This document shows, piece by piece, positions 63,255-64,000 of a stretch of 64,000 nt of DNA (its first letter is position 1; each line of letters starts with the position of its first letter). Under the pieces are notes generated by a model. The model was not told the origin of the DNA, made no database searches, and saw only the letters and a program-made list of their open reading frames with translations. The position numbers and the translations under genes were made by a program. This DNA is from Vicugna vicugna (taxonomy: Eukaryota), in the NCBI GenBank assembly GCA_013265495.1, contig MU058337.1, forward strand, positions 3,838,880-3,902,879. The letters are read 5' to 3'.

Positions 63255-63764
63255 CTAGAAGGGAAGACTTGTAGAGTTAAAATTAAAGGCCCTTCTAAAA
63301 GACATCATGGCCCCTAATCGTTCATAAAACCCGTAAGAGATAGTAAGAGGACAGAAACTGGATGAATTAGTAATTCCCTGACTTTGAGAAGAGAATCAGA
63401 TACCATCCTAAGGAAATTGGAGTCTCCAAATTGTGAATTGGTCAAAATGCAGAATTCAGGACAATTTTTATAAACCCTAATTTCAGTTCCTTTCTTCCCC
63501 CTCCTTTTCATTCTTATTGCTTTTCTTGTTGTTTTGAGTACAAGTCTTTCTACACCTATATGAACTTGCTCCACCAGCAATATTTTATCTTTCTCAGTGG
63601 TTTATCTGATTTCCAGAAGCAAGATTCCCTTTAACCACACTGAAAAAGTTGGTCTGTATGCTGCCTCCCCTTCATACCTTCATCTTCCTTCCACTGGCTG
63701 ATAAAGTTCTCATCTCCATAATCTAATACTGTGTATTGACCAGCACTGGGCCTCTTATTTCCAG

Positions 63765-63807
63765 GGTAAAAGCAAGAGGTAGATGGTGAAAGCAAGAGGT
63801 AGATGGT
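63765..63807. repeat. 20-bp tandem duplication ggt(a/g)aaagcaagaggtagat x2
   Basis: Read directly from the sequence. Confidence 0.93.
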
Positions 63808-64000
63808 CATTTTTCCTAAATTCTAAATTATAAGAATAGTAAGACACATTGGGCTATATTTTCAGTGTTATCTATAGTGCTGGCTCCAAGATGAGAGATG
63901 TAGCTAAAATATTTTTCACTTATTACACTCAATACAATGTAATACTACCGTAACATGTATGGTATATAAATGGGTTCATTGATAGCTTTTTAATTCATAT

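Overview
This window is AT-rich mammalian genomic DNA, intronic or intergenic, with no credible full-length protein-coding gene. The ORF track is chance ORFs plus decayed LINE-1 ORF2 pieces. Much of the window is interspersed repeat: ancient eutherian L2, MIR, MLT1/MLT2 LTRs, hAT DNA transposons (MER20, MER58A, MER81, MER94, Charlie-like) and L1M, plus several younger artiodactyl-type L1 3' ends. These younger L1 tails, together with the lack of any Alu, B1/B2, Can-SINE, Bov-A/BovB or PRE-1 copy I could recognise, suggest a camelid (inference). Best-supported observations: (1) a 120-bp ungapped ~93%-identical copy of unique sequence from 4364-4483 sits 47.8 kb away, wedged between two convergent, tail-less L1 ORF2 fragments at 51775-52709, resembling a templated repair patch; (2) a U6 snRNA/L1 chimeric retrocopy at 53888-54214; (3) an ancient-type L1 3' fragment with a perfect 16-bp target-site duplication. 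More speculative: (4) a set of minus-strand splice signals, including two zero-length-exon (recursive-splice-like) YAG|GTRAG sites and two micro-exon candidates, downstream of CpG-rich promoter-like patches at ~42.4 and ~46.0-46.6 kb. Repeat family names are from memory of consensus sequences, and boundaries of old repeats are approximate. I found no evidence for a wholly new biological system.
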